A stretch of DNA of 52,865 bases from Candidatus Avimicrobium faecavium (GCA_904419105.1 CAJFQR010000001.1:1-52865); one strand, 5' to 3'. Shown: positions 35,796-46,275, counted from the stretch's first letter. Numbers and translations: made by a program. Notes: a model not told the origin generated them from the sequence alone.

Positions 35796-37205
35796 TTGCA
35801 GCAGGATAAACCGGAAATTTTTGAGAGGATGGCCATACCCCGGGCGGTAGCCACACTGGCGGTGCCTACCATCCTCAGCTCGCTGGTGACGGTACTCTAC
35901 AACCTGGCGGATACCTACTTTGTGGCACTGCTGGGCGACCCGGTGCAGAATGCCGCCGTTACGCTGGCGGCGCCGGTGATGCTGGCCTTCAATGCTATTA
36001 ACAACCTGTTCGGTGTTGGCAGTTCGAGTATGATGAGCCGGGCACTGGGCCGGAAAGACTATGAGCGTGTGGAAAAGGGGTCCACCTTTGGGATCTGGTG
36101 CGCCATCTTCTGCGGACTGATCTTCTCTATCGGGTGCACCATTTTTAAGGGGCCGCTGCTGTCCCTTCTCGGGGCGGATGCCACCACTTCTGCTGCAACT
36201 GATGCCTATATGTTCTGGACGGTGAATATTGGCGCGGCGCCGGCTATCCTCAATGTGGTGATGGCTTACCTGGTCCGGGCCGAGGGTAGTGCCATGCATG
36301 CCAGCATCGGCACGATGAGCGGTTGCCTGCTCAACATCGTCCTCGATCCGATCTTTGTGCTGCCCTGGGGACTGAATATGGGGGCCGCCGGGGCGGGACT
36401 GGCCACCTTCCTCTCCAACTGTGTGGCCTGTGGGTACTTCTTTGTGTTGCTCACCGTCCGGCGGGGGCATACGTATGTGTGCTACGATATCCGCAAACTC
36501 AGCTTTGAGCCCTCCATCGTCCGGGAGGTGTGCATGGTGGGCATCCCGGCCTCGATCCAGAACCTGCTCAATGTCACCGGCATGACTATCCTCAATAATC
36601 TGGCCTCTGCCTATGGAGCCACAGCTGTGGCGGCTATGGGCATCGCACAGAAGGTCAACCAGGTGCCATTTCAGGTCTCCAACGGCCTCTCTCAGGGGAT
36701 CATGCCGCTGGTGAGCTACAACTACGCCAGTGACAATATCCCCCGGATGAAGAAGAGTTTCCTCTTCGCGGCTCGGCTGGCGGTGACCTGTCTGGCCTGT
36801 GTCTCGCTGCTCTACTACATTTTCGCTCCACAGGTGGTGAGCCTGTTTATGGAGAATCCGGAGATTGTGGAGACCGGAACCCGATTCCTGCGAGGCTTCT
36901 GCCTGGCACTGCCCTTCCAGTGTATGGACTTTCTGGCGGTGGCGGTGTTCCAAGCGGTAGGCCTGGGTAAAAATGCCCTTGCCTTCGCGCTGCTGCGCAA
37001 GGTGGTGCTGGAGATCCCGGCTCTGCTGCTGCTCAATTTCCTCTTCCCGCTTTACGGGCTGGCCTATGCCCAGTTCACCGCCGAACTGTGCCTGGCCATC
37101 GCTGCGGTGGTAATGCTGGTCAAGTTGTTCCGGCAGCTGGAGCTGGAGCATGAGGGCCGCCTGGCCCGGGTCCGGGAGGCCATGGCCGGGGAGCAGACCG
37201 AGTAG
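35796..37205 (+). CDS. MATE family efflux transporter
   Basis: LYNLADTYFV, RAEG, LNIVLDPIF, GAAGAGLAT; TTG start after GGGAGG. Confidence 0.9.
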   Translation: MQQDKPEIFERMAIPRAVATLAVPTILSSLVTVLYNLADTYFVALLGDPVQNAAVTLAAPVMLAFNAINNLFGVGSSSMMSRALGRKDYERVEKGSTFGIWCAIFCGLIFSIGCTIFKGPLLSLLGADATTSAATDAYMFWTVNIGAAPAILNVVMAYLVRAEGSAMHASIGTMSGCLLNIVLDPIFVLPWGLNMGAAGAGLATFLSNCVACGYFFVLLTVRRGHTYVCYDIRKLSFEPSIVREVCMVGIPASIQNLLNVTGMTILNNLASAYGATAVAAMGIAQKVNQVPFQVSNGLSQGIMPLVSYNYASDNIPRMKKSFLFAARLAVTCLACVSLLYYIFAPQVVSLFMENPEIVETGTRFLRGFCLALPFQCMDFLAVAVFQAVGLGKNALAFALLRKVVLEIPALLLLNFLFPLYGLAYAQFTAELCLAIAAVVMLVKLFRQLELEHEGRLARVREAMAGEQTE

Positions 37206-37363
37206 ATTGCCAAAGATTTCACGCTCTGCTGGTGCTTTTTCGGTGAAAAACCCATCTTGCCACCAGGCGCCGGCTGTGGTATCCTATTGTAGAGGACTAA
37301 ATCAGTATAGTTTCCCGCCCAATAGGCGCAGAATAGACTAAAAATATAAGGAAGGTGCTTACG

Positions 37364-38563
37364 ATGCAGAATATCCGCCCTGTGACCGACAGCGTGATCT
37401 GGGTCGGCGCCAGTGACCGGCGTCTGGCTCTCTTTGAGAATATGTTCCCGGTGCCCGATGGGGTATCCTACAACAGCTATGTGATCCTGGATGAGAAGGT
37501 AGCCATTCTGGACACCGCCGACTCCAGCGTGACCGCCCAGTATCTGGAGAATGTGGCCGCCGCCCTGGGCGACCGGCAGCCGGACTACCTGATCGTCAAC
37601 CACATGGAGCCGGACCACTGCGCCAACATCGAGGAGCTCTGCCGCCGCTACCCCGGCATGAAGCTGGTGGGCAACAGCAAGACTTTCGGCCTGATGGCCC
37701 AGTTCTACGACTTCCCGATGGAGGAGCGGATGATCACCGTCAAGGAGCGGGATATCCTGGATCTGGGGCATCACAAGCTCACCTTTGTAATGGCGCCGAT
37801 GGTCCACTGGCCGGAGGCCATGATGACCTACGACACCACCGAGAAGATCCTCTTCTCCGCCGACGCCTTCGGCAGCTTTGGGGCGCTGGATGGGGTGCTC
37901 TTCAGCGACGAGCACCTGGACTTCAAGGCGCTCCACGGCGAGATGCGCCGCTACTACTCCAACATCGTCGGCAAGTACGGCATGCAGGTGCAGGCGGTGC
38001 TGAAAAAGGCCTCGGCGCTGGACATCGCCGTCATCTGCCCGCTGCACGGCGCCGTCTGGCGCAAAGACCTGGGCTGGCTGCTGGATCTCTACCAGAAGTG
38101 GAGCACCTATGCCCCCGAGGAGCAGACAGTGGCCATCTTCTATGGGTCGATGTACGGCAACACCGCCTCGGTGGCCGATCTGCTGGCGGCCAAGCTGGTG
38201 GCCGGCGGCGCCCGGGGCGTCACCGTCCGGGATGTATCCAAGACCGATGTGTCCTACCTGGTGAGCGATGTGTTCCGGGCGAGCACGCTGGTGTTCGCCG
38301 CGCCGACCTATAACAACGGCCTCTACCCGAAGATGGCCAATTTCATCGAGGATCTGGCGGCCCTCAATGTCCAGAACCGCCGCTGCGCCCTTATCGAGAA
38401 TGGCTCCTGGGCGCCCCAGTCGGGCAAGATCATGGCCGGGAAGCTGGCGGAGATGAAGGATATGGAGCTGCTGGCTGAGCCCTTCACCCTGCGGTCGGCG
38501 ATGAAGGAGAGCCAGATGGAGGCTCTGGACAAGCTGGCCAAGGCGATCCTGGCCACCCTGTAA
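37364..38563 (+). CDS. fprA: FprA-family flavodiiron protein (O2/NO reductase)
   Basis: SYNSY, NHMEPDH, HWPE, SADAFG and PLHG motifs; flavodoxin SMYGNT. Confidence 0.9.
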   Translation: MQNIRPVTDSVIWVGASDRRLALFENMFPVPDGVSYNSYVILDEKVAILDTADSSVTAQYLENVAAALGDRQPDYLIVNHMEPDHCANIEELCRRYPGMKLVGNSKTFGLMAQFYDFPMEERMITVKERDILDLGHHKLTFVMAPMVHWPEAMMTYDTTEKILFSADAFGSFGALDGVLFSDEHLDFKALHGEMRRYYSNIVGKYGMQVQAVLKKASALDIAVICPLHGAVWRKDLGWLLDLYQKWSTYAPEEQTVAIFYGSMYGNTASVADLLAAKLVAGGARGVTVRDVSKTDVSYLVSDVFRASTLVFAAPTYNNGLYPKMANFIEDLAALNVQNRRCALIENGSWAPQSGKIMAGKLAEMKDMELLAEPFTLRSAMKESQMEALDKLAKAILATL

Positions 38564-38584
38564 CTCGAAAAAACACAACCGGAC

Positions 38585-38625
38585 AGGAGGCTCTTCCACT
38601 TTTGTGGAAGAGCCTCCTTTTTGTT
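38585..38625 (+). terminator. Intrinsic terminator
   Basis: AGGAGGCTCTTCCAC-tttt-GTGGAAGAGCCTCCT followed by a T run. Confidence 0.85.
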
Positions 38626-38719
38626 TACAAAAGAGAACTGTCAACCCCGGGGACGGTTTTGTGAAAGATGCAAAAAAATGACGGCGTAAGTTTGGCCCCT
38701 GCAAAAACGGCGCTTTCGA

Positions 38720-38747
38720 TTGACAAAGTGCCGGGGGGGGGTATAAT
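38720..38747 (+). promoter_or_regulatory. Consensus SigA promoter with a G9 tract in a 16-bp spacer
   Basis: TTGACA-aagtgccGGGGGGGGG-TATAAT. Confidence 0.8.
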
Positions 38748-38894
38748 GACAATATAAAAGCCAAAAATCCCCGGCTTTTGCAGGATTTTTAAGGCAGCCT
38801 GCACAAACCCGGGAGGGGGATGCGGGCTGAGGCGGAGAGAGGGCCGGCACAGCGGCCGCTCCGCCAGGCAGAAAAAAGAAAGAGGCGAATGTAT

Positions 38895-40211
38895 ATGCAG
38901 AATCAAAAGAAGATGAGCCTGTTCGACCTGACCTTTATGGCGATCGGCGGCATCATCGGCGCCGGTATCTTCTCGATGGTGGGTACCGGCATCGCCACCA
39001 CCGGGCGCAGCGTGGCGCTGGCTCTGGTGGTGGGTATGATCTTTACCATGTCCCAGCAGATCCGGTACATCTTCACCTCGTCGATGTTCCAGCTCTCCGG
39101 CGGTATGTACTCCCAGAACGCACTGGTACTCTCGCCGTTCATGTCCGGCGTCAGCGGCATCGTCACAACGATCTCCTCGGTGAGCTTCTCGGTCTTCGGC
39201 ATCTCGATGGCCCAGTATCTCAGCGACCTGTTCCCGGTGCTGGCCCCCTATCAGGTGCCGGTGGCCTGCCTGGTGCTGGTGCTCTTCTTCGTCCTTGGCT
39301 CCACCGGGGCGGAGATCTTCGCCAAGGCGATCAACGCGCTGGGCATTCTCAAGTTCATCGCGCTGGCGCTGTTCATCGGCTTCGGCCTGACCAAGGTGCA
39401 GATGGGCGGCTTTGAGGGCGAGCCCTACTTCATCAACGGCAGTGTCAGCTTCCTGACCGCCGTGGCGCTTATGTCCTTCACCTGCAACGGCGCCACCAAC
39501 ATCATCAACGTCCAGGGCATCGCCGAAAACCCGAAGAAAAACATCCCGAAGGCCTTCTTCATCGCCTCGATCCTGGTGGCGGGCGTCTACTTCCTGCTGG
39601 GCTTTGTGGCCTCCAGCATCGCCCCCTACTCCGAGGTAGCCGGCCAGAACCTGGGCTTTATGGCCGAGATGGTCCTGCCCGGCCCGCTGTTCATCTTCTT
39701 CATCGTCGGCGGCGCCATGTGCTCGTTGTCCACGGCTCTGCTCGGCGGTGTTTCCAGCTATCCCTACATGATTATGGGTATTGCCGAGGACGGCTGGCTG
39801 CCCGGCTTCTTTAAGAAGAAGCTCAATGTCGTTGTCATTCTGGCGGTGCTGTCCATTCTGCCGGTGATCGGAGGCTTCACGCTGGACAACATCGTTTCGA
39901 TGATGCTGGTGCCCGGTATGGTGATCGGCGCTCTGGCCAATGTGCAGGCGATGAACCTGCCCGAGCGCTATCCCGAGCAGTGGGCCAACAGCGGCCTGAA
40001 GTGCTCGCCGGCCTTCTACCGGTTCCTGATGGTGGTGTCCATCATCACCTCGCTGATGACCGGCTTCTTCTCCCTCACCAGCCTGACGCTGCCGCTGGCC
40101 ATCGGTACCGTGGTGGCCACTGCGCTGATCTTTGTCTGGGCGTGGATCCGGCTCAAGAGCGGCAAGGTGAACATCGTCACCACCCAGGATATGGACCCGG
40201 AAAATCTGTGA
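38895..40211 (+). CDS. APC family amino-acid permease, paralogue B1
   Basis: AIGGIIGAGIF, SGGMY, ENPKKNIP; about 12 TM. Confidence 0.88.
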   Translation: MQNQKKMSLFDLTFMAIGGIIGAGIFSMVGTGIATTGRSVALALVVGMIFTMSQQIRYIFTSSMFQLSGGMYSQNALVLSPFMSGVSGIVTTISSVSFSVFGISMAQYLSDLFPVLAPYQVPVACLVLVLFFVLGSTGAEIFAKAINALGILKFIALALFIGFGLTKVQMGGFEGEPYFINGSVSFLTAVALMSFTCNGATNIINVQGIAENPKKNIPKAFFIASILVAGVYFLLGFVASSIAPYSEVAGQNLGFMAEMVLPGPLFIFFIVGGAMCSLSTALLGGVSSYPYMIMGIAEDGWLPGFFKKKLNVVVILAVLSILPVIGGFTLDNIVSMMLVPGMVIGALANVQAMNLPERYPEQWANSGLKCSPAFYRFLMVVSIITSLMTGFFSLTSLTLPLAIGTVVATALIFVWAWIRLKSGKVNIVTTQDMDPENL

Positions 40212-40394
40212 ATTTCCCCCTGCGAAAGACGGAACGCATTCCTCTTATACCAGAAAAGGGCGCCCGACCAGCGCCCTTTTTTGGTGCCCTTGGGCGGATC
40301 GGCGGGAGGACAGGGGGAAATTTGGCCAAGCCAGCCCTTTACAGCCCAGCCCCGGGACGGTATACTGGAGAAAAGAGGAAAAGGGGGCGCTGTA

Positions 40395-41546
40395 ATGAGA
40401 AAAAGGCTTGCGGTGATAGGGCTGGTGCTGGCCGCCGGGCTCGGGGCGGCGGCTCTGGCCGGCGGGGGGATGGACGGACTGTTCCCGCCGGACCCGGCGG
40501 AAGGGCTGCCGGTGGTGACGCTGGCCGAAGGGCCGGAGGGGCTCTCCCTCCACCTGTACAGCTATGAGTACACGCTGACCGAACTGCTCCGGGAGGAGAG
40601 CTTTTACACCGATGGAGTGCTGCAGCCTACCGACCGGGGCGCCCAGCACGCGTACCGGGGGACGATGCTCCACCGGCAGCTGGAGCCGGTGTATGCGCTG
40701 GAGGGGGTGCCGGCCGGGGACTATCTGGCCCTCAGCGATCACACCGGTCAGGCGTTCTTCCACCTCTGCACCGCGGAATGGGATCTGGCGGGCTTTTTCG
40801 GGAAGGACGGGGAGGCGCTGCGGCTCTATGCCGTCCGGGATGGCGCGGCCCAGCGGTACAGTCTGCCGGACATCCCTGGCTGGGAGAGCTTGCCGGGCCT
40901 TGCCGTCTGGGATGGAAGGCACTGCTGCGTACTGCTGACCCAGGCTGCGGCTGCCGGTGAGACGGCGGAACCCCGGCTCCTGTTGGCGGTGCTGGATCCG
41001 GCGGCAGGGAGCTTTACGACAGTGCCGGCGGAGCTTGCAGGTTCGGCCAGGGAGATGTTCCTCTGGGAGGGCGAGGCCTGGCTGCTGCTGGAAAACGGGG
41101 CAGATTGGGAGCTGGCCCGGGTGGACCTTGCCACCGGGGAGACGAAGCGGAGCCTCTTGTCCCGGGAAGAGGTGGATTTCTTCCTTCGGGACGGGGAGAG
41201 CTGGTGTTGGGGAAGTCTGGCCGGGCGCGGCCGGGACGCCAGCCGGCTGACGGTGCATACCGCCCCCCTCGGGGAGACGGCCGGCGAGGTGCTGGAGCTG
41301 GAGCTCCCCGCCCCGTTTGGCGCAGTGGAAGCCGCTCGGTATGAAGCGGGGCGGCTGTGGCTCGGCAGCTATGTCGCTGAGAGCGAGCGGCTGCCGGCAA
41401 AGGCGCTGCTGGAGGTCGATCTTGGTGCCGGGGAGCTGGTTCGGGTGGTGCCCTACGGGGAAAAAGAGCAGTTCAGCACGCTGCGCTTTATGGAGGAGGG
41501 GGAGGACGGCAGGCTCATCGACCTGCCCTATGCCTCCTGTCGCTGA
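40395..41546 (+). CDS. Hypothetical secreted or membrane-anchored protein
   Basis: MRKRLAVIGLVLAAGLGAAALA signal/anchor; beta-rich body. Confidence 0.65.
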   Translation: MRKRLAVIGLVLAAGLGAAALAGGGMDGLFPPDPAEGLPVVTLAEGPEGLSLHLYSYEYTLTELLREESFYTDGVLQPTDRGAQHAYRGTMLHRQLEPVYALEGVPAGDYLALSDHTGQAFFHLCTAEWDLAGFFGKDGEALRLYAVRDGAAQRYSLPDIPGWESLPGLAVWDGRHCCVLLTQAAAAGETAEPRLLLAVLDPAAGSFTTVPAELAGSAREMFLWEGEAWLLLENGADWELARVDLATGETKRSLLSREEVDFFLRDGESWCWGSLAGRGRDASRLTVHTAPLGETAGEVLELELPAPFGAVEAARYEAGRLWLGSYVAESERLPAKALLEVDLGAGELVRVVPYGEKEQFSTLRFMEEGEDGRLIDLPYASCR

Positions 41547-41626
41547 CCCGTTGCGCCGGGCCGGGCAGCGTGATAGAATAGAGGTACAGATCTCCCGCCG
41601 AGAGCGGGTTAGGAGGTAAGAAAACT

Positions 41627-42850
41627 ATGGGCGTACTTGAAAAATTCCTCGACCTGGTGCGGATCGACTCCCCGTCCGACCCGGCCGGCCCCACCTGCCC
41701 GTCCACGGCGATGCAGCTGGATGTGGCCAACCACCTGGTGAAGGTGATGGAGGAGATGGGTGTCTCGAATGTGCGGCTGCAGGACGGCTATGTCTACGGC
41801 GAGATCCCGGCTACCCCGGGGTATGAGGACCGGACGGCGGTGGGCTTTATCGCTCATATGGATACGGCGCCGGAGTTCAACGGCATCGGTGTCAAGCCCC
41901 AGGTCATCGAGAACTACGACGGCGGCGATGTGCTGCTGACCGGCAGCGGGCATATCCTCTCACCGGAGGCCTTCCCGGTGCTCAAGACCTTCGCCGGGCA
42001 GACACTGATCACCACCGACGGCACCACGCTGCTCGGCTCGGATGACAAGGCGGGCATCGCCGAGATCCTCGAGGCAGCCGAGATTCTGCTCCGGGGGGAG
42101 ATCCCCCACGGCAAGGTGTGCCTGGGCTTCACCCCGGATGAGGAGATCGGCCGCGGTCCGCTGAAGTTCGATGTGCCGGGCTTTGGGGCGGAGCTGGCCT
42201 ATACGCTGGACGGCGGCGCCGTGGGCTCCATCGAGTATGAGAACTTCAACGCCGACCAGGCGGTGGTCACCTTCCAGGGCTATTCGATCCATCCGGGCAC
42301 CGCCAAGGGCAGGATGAAGAACAGTCAGAGCATCGCCTTTGAGTTCGACGCGCTGCTGCCTGCCGGCGAGCGTCCTCAGTACACCGACGGGTATGAGGGC
42401 TTCTACCACCTGACCGGCATCACCGGCGGCGTGGAGCAGACCACCGCCACCTATATCCTCCGGGACCACGACGCGGACAAGCTCGTCGAGCGGGAGCAGA
42501 TGCTGGAAAAGGCGGCGGCCTTCCTGAACGGCAAGTACGGTGAGGGCACCGTGACCATCGACCTGACCCACACCTACCGCAATATGAAGGAGAAGATCCT
42601 GCCGGTGTTTGAGGTCATCACCATCGCCGAGGCGGCGATCCGGGCCATCGGCGCCGAGCCGGTGACGGTTCCGATCCGCGGCGGTACCGATGGCGCCACC
42701 CTGAGCTACATGGGGCTGCCCTGCCCGAACCTGGGTACCGGCGGCGCCAACGCCCACGGCCGCTATGAGTGCAACACCAAGGAGAATATGGAGCGCTGCA
42801 CCCAGGTGGTGCTGGAGATTGTCAAAGGCTATGCGGACCGCAGGGCCTGA
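41627..42850 (+). CDS. pepT: Peptidase T (tripeptide aminopeptidase, M20B)
   Basis: AHMDT, DGTTLLGSDDKAG, TPDEEIG, ENFNA and IRGGTDG motifs. Confidence 0.95.
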   Translation: MGVLEKFLDLVRIDSPSDPAGPTCPSTAMQLDVANHLVKVMEEMGVSNVRLQDGYVYGEIPATPGYEDRTAVGFIAHMDTAPEFNGIGVKPQVIENYDGGDVLLTGSGHILSPEAFPVLKTFAGQTLITTDGTTLLGSDDKAGIAEILEAAEILLRGEIPHGKVCLGFTPDEEIGRGPLKFDVPGFGAELAYTLDGGAVGSIEYENFNADQAVVTFQGYSIHPGTAKGRMKNSQSIAFEFDALLPAGERPQYTDGYEGFYHLTGITGGVEQTTATYILRDHDADKLVEREQMLEKAAAFLNGKYGEGTVTIDLTHTYRNMKEKILPVFEVITIAEAAIRAIGAEPVTVPIRGGTDGATLSYMGLPCPNLGTGGANAHGRYECNTKENMERCTQVVLEIVKGYADRRA

Positions 42851-43218
42851 TAGATAGCAAATTAAACAGACGGGAGCTGCCGGAAGGCGGCTCCTTTTTT
42901 GCCGAAAAAAGGGAAAACCGCCCTTTGGACGGCGGCTTTTCGCGCCAAAGTTTCAGTGCTTTTTTTGTGAATGTCGCCGTTTTTTCTGCGGGACGGCGGA
43001 TTTTTTTCAACCGGACGGCGGCGGTAGACTTTGGAGCTTTCGCCAAAGGGGAGCGGCCTCTGACTGACGGTTTCCACAAAAAGTAGGGTTTTTGACGGGT
43101 GCGGCGGCAGAAAAGATCCGGTGGTGCAAAAATTCCTTCGCCAAAAGAACCAAAGAGAAGATGAATTTTTTGTGAAGAATGTGAGTCCGATTTTTGAGCG
43201 GCGGAGGCAGAGCGGCGC

Positions 43219-43304
43219 TTGACAGCGAGGATTTTCTTGTGTACAATGACCTTAACGATAAAAGCATCGGAGGATTTGTGAAAGTTTTTGTACAGCTTTC
43301 ACAA
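43219..43304 (+). promoter_or_regulatory. SigA promoter with a downstream palindrome for permease B2
   Basis: TTGACA-N17-TACAAT (43219-43247); TTGTGAAAG-N11-CTTTCACAA (43276-43304). Confidence 0.65.
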
Positions 43305-43381
43305 GGCCGGTGTACGCAGCCGGACCCGGAGCGGAAAGGGCCGGACGATTCGTTCAACACAGACAGAAAGAGGCGAAAACT

Positions 43382-44707
43382 ATGGCAAAAAAAGGTAAGC
43401 TGATGAACCTGTTCGACCTGACCTTTATGGCCATCGGCGGAATCATCGGTGCGGGCATCTTCTCGAGCGTGGGCTCCGGTATTGCGGTAACCGGCCGAAG
43501 CATCACGCTGGCGTTGATCGTCGGTATGCTGTTCCAGATGAGCCAGCAGGTGCGCTATGTGTTTACCTCGGCTATGTTCCAGGTATCCGGCGGTATGTAC
43601 TCCCAGGATGCGCTGGTTCTCAACCCCCTGCTCACCGGTGCGGCCGGCGTCATGCTGTTCATCAACGCGCTGAACTGGTCGGTGTACGGCATTTCCATCG
43701 CCAGCTACATGGGCGACCTGTTCCCGGTGCTCAAGGGCTATCCGGAGCTCACCGCCTGTGCGGCGCTGCTGGTATTCTTCGTCATCGGCTACATCGGCGT
43801 TCAGGCCTTTACCAAGGTGCTCAACGCGATGGGTATCCTCAAATTTATCGCACTGGGCCTGTTCATCTTCTACGGCATTACCAAGGTACAGCCCGGCGGC
43901 TTCGAGGGTGAGCCCTACTTCTATGGCGGCGGCGTAGACTTCCTGACCGCTATCGCCCTGATGAGCTTCGCCTGCGGCGGTGCCACCAAGATCATGAACG
44001 TTCAGGCTCTGGCCGAGAACCCGAAGCGGGATATCCCCAAGGCCTGGCTCATCTCCCAGCTGTGCGTAGTTGTAGTGTATGCGCTGCTCGGCTATGTAGC
44101 CTCCGGCGTGGCTCCCTATGCGCAGGTCGCTGACCAGAACCTGGGTGCCATCGGCGGCATGTTCATGCCCGTGGCTGTCACCAGCTTCTTCATCATCGGC
44201 GGCGCGCTGCTGTCCATCTCCACCTCGCTGCTCTCCTCGGTACCGGGTACTCCCCTTACCCTGATGGGCATGGCGGACGATGGCTGGCTGCCTTCCATCT
44301 TCAAGAACCGTCTGTTTATCTTCATTCTGCTCTACATCATCAACATCGTCCCGATCATGTCCGGCTTCGCTCTGGACGAGATCATCTCGATGGTAATGGT
44401 GCCCTCGATGATCGTCACCGCCATCAAGAACTACCGTGGTATGAAGCTGCCTGAGATGTATCCCGAGGAGTGGGAGCACTGCTCCATCAAGGTCTCCAAG
44501 GGCCTGTTCAAGACCCTGCTGGCGATCTCCATCGTCACCTCGCTGATCACCTCGCTGTTCTCGCTGCGCAACCTGACCATGGTTCAGGCCATCGGCTCGC
44601 TGATCATGACCGTAGTCGTCTTCGTCTATCCGTATCTGCGGCTCAAGAGCGGCAAGGTCAAGATCGTTTCCACCACCGATATGTCTGCCACTGCTGAGAG
44701 CAAGTAA
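43382..44707 (+). CDS. APC family amino-acid permease, paralogue B2
   Basis: Collinear with B1 (LFDLTFMAIGGIIGAGIF...RLKSGKV). Confidence 0.88.
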   Translation: MAKKGKLMNLFDLTFMAIGGIIGAGIFSSVGSGIAVTGRSITLALIVGMLFQMSQQVRYVFTSAMFQVSGGMYSQDALVLNPLLTGAAGVMLFINALNWSVYGISIASYMGDLFPVLKGYPELTACAALLVFFVIGYIGVQAFTKVLNAMGILKFIALGLFIFYGITKVQPGGFEGEPYFYGGGVDFLTAIALMSFACGGATKIMNVQALAENPKRDIPKAWLISQLCVVVVYALLGYVASGVAPYAQVADQNLGAIGGMFMPVAVTSFFIIGGALLSISTSLLSSVPGTPLTLMGMADDGWLPSIFKNRLFIFILLYIINIVPIMSGFALDEIISMVMVPSMIVTAIKNYRGMKLPEMYPEEWEHCSIKVSKGLFKTLLAISIVTSLITSLFSLRNLTMVQAIGSLIMTVVVFVYPYLRLKSGKVKIVSTTDMSATAESK

Positions 44708-45129
44708 GCGAATATACCTGCCGGAACGGCTCACAGTTTTACCGCTCCGGTACCTCCTTTCAAACACCCGCTGGATTTCCGCCCGGCGGGTGTTTTCTTT
44801 TTTGGGACGGATTTCGGGGGCTCTCTCGGCGGCGGCACCGGTTTGACAAAAAGCAGACGATTTTTGTCTGCAATCTACGCAGAGATCCTGCACCGGCTTT
44901 GTATAAACCGTAGAAAATCAGCAAACGGTGCAGGATTTGCGTAAAAACAAATAAGCTTCCCTTGACAGCCAATTAAAGCCGGGTGTAAAATGGCGTTGTG
45001 AAAAAAACAGGGTTGCATCGGCGAAAAAAACTGTGCAATTCCGACAACGATCGACCGGCAGGTGATGGGAATAACGCACAAGGCACGGGAGAGGACTCCA
45101 AAAATCATTTGGAAGAGACGAATTTGATC

Positions 45130-45678
45130 ATGCCAAAGCAACAGAAGAAGATGAATCTCTTCGATTTGACCTTTATGGCCATCGGCGGCATCATCGGAGC
45201 GGGCATCTTCACGATGGTCGACTCCGGTATCTCCGCCACCGGCCGCAGCGTCACCCTGGCGTTGACTGTCGGTATGCTGTTCCAGATGAGCCAGCAGGTG
45301 CGGTATGTCTTTACCTCCGCCATGTTCCAGGTATCCGGCGGTATGTACTCCCAGGACGCCCTGGTGCTCACCCCCTGCTCACCGGTGTGGCCGGCACCGC
45401 CATGTTCATCAGCTCGCTGAACTGGTCGGCCTTCGGCATCTCCATTGCCAGCTACCTCGGCGACCTGATCCCGGTGCTCAAGGATCACCAGCTCATCACC
45501 GCCGCGCTGGCGCTGCTGGTGTTCTTCATCATCTCTGTTCTCGCTGCGCAACCTCACCCTGCCGCTGGCCATCGGCTCGGTGGTTATGACCATCATTGTC
45601 TTTACCTACCCCTACCTGCGGATGAAGAGCGGCAAGGTCAAGATCGTCTCCACCGCCGATATGTCCGCTGCCAAATAA
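45130..45678 (+). pseudogene. APC permease paralogue B3, frameshifted and internally deleted
   Basis: 5' part matches B2; 1-nt loss near 45370; jump at about 45533 to the B2 C-terminal region (LFSLRNLT...KSGKVKIVST). Confidence 0.88.
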
Positions 45679-45858
45679 CAGATATACCCGAGTGACCGAT
45701 CGCTGAGCGATCCCTCCGGAGGGACGGGTCCGGACAGCCCGTCCCCGACAGAAGAAAAGCGGCGCCTGCCCCGAAAAGGGGACGGGCGCCGCTTTTTGCC
45801 GTTGCAAAGGCTGCGGGGAGAGTGATAGGATAGGGAAAAGGAGGAGCGTGATGACGGT

Positions 45859-46237
45859 ATGGATTGGATCATTCTGCTGCTCGGCTGTGCCGGGCTTATA
45901 CTGGGCATGGCGTCTCTGCTGCGCCGGCGGCCGGCGGAGAACTTTTCGGTGGAACTCACCGGCTGGGAACGGACGGCGGCGGGGGGGACGCCCGGCGGTG
46001 GCACTGTGCCTGCGGCTGCAAAATCACGCCCCCGCTCCGCTGACCCTTCTGGCATTCGAGTGGGACGGCACCCGCTGGGAGCTGCCGGTGACGGTGGGAC
46101 CCCGGGCTGCGCGGGAGATTACGGCGGTGTTTCCGCTGCCGGAGGAAGGTTTTCCGGAGCCGGGGGCGGAGGTGGCGCTCACCGTAGAGACGCTGTCCGG
46201 CTCCAGCCTCCGGCGGCTGAGGCTGCCGGAGAGATAA
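45859..46237 (+). pseudogene. Small membrane-anchored protein split by a frameshift at a G7 run
   Basis: N-terminal TM (MDWIILLLGCAGLILG) in one frame and a protein-like C-half in another; removing one G at 45981-45987 gives a 125-aa ORF. Confidence 0.6.
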
Positions 46238-46275
46238 AAAATCGCCCGGTCTCCACCGGGCGGTTTTTATGGGAT

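Noticed and set aside
38750-38890. Glycine riboswitch or T-box in the permease leader
   Set aside because: Only a GGAGA word is present; no GCCGAAG/CTCAGG elements and no T-box GGTGGnACCGCG sequence
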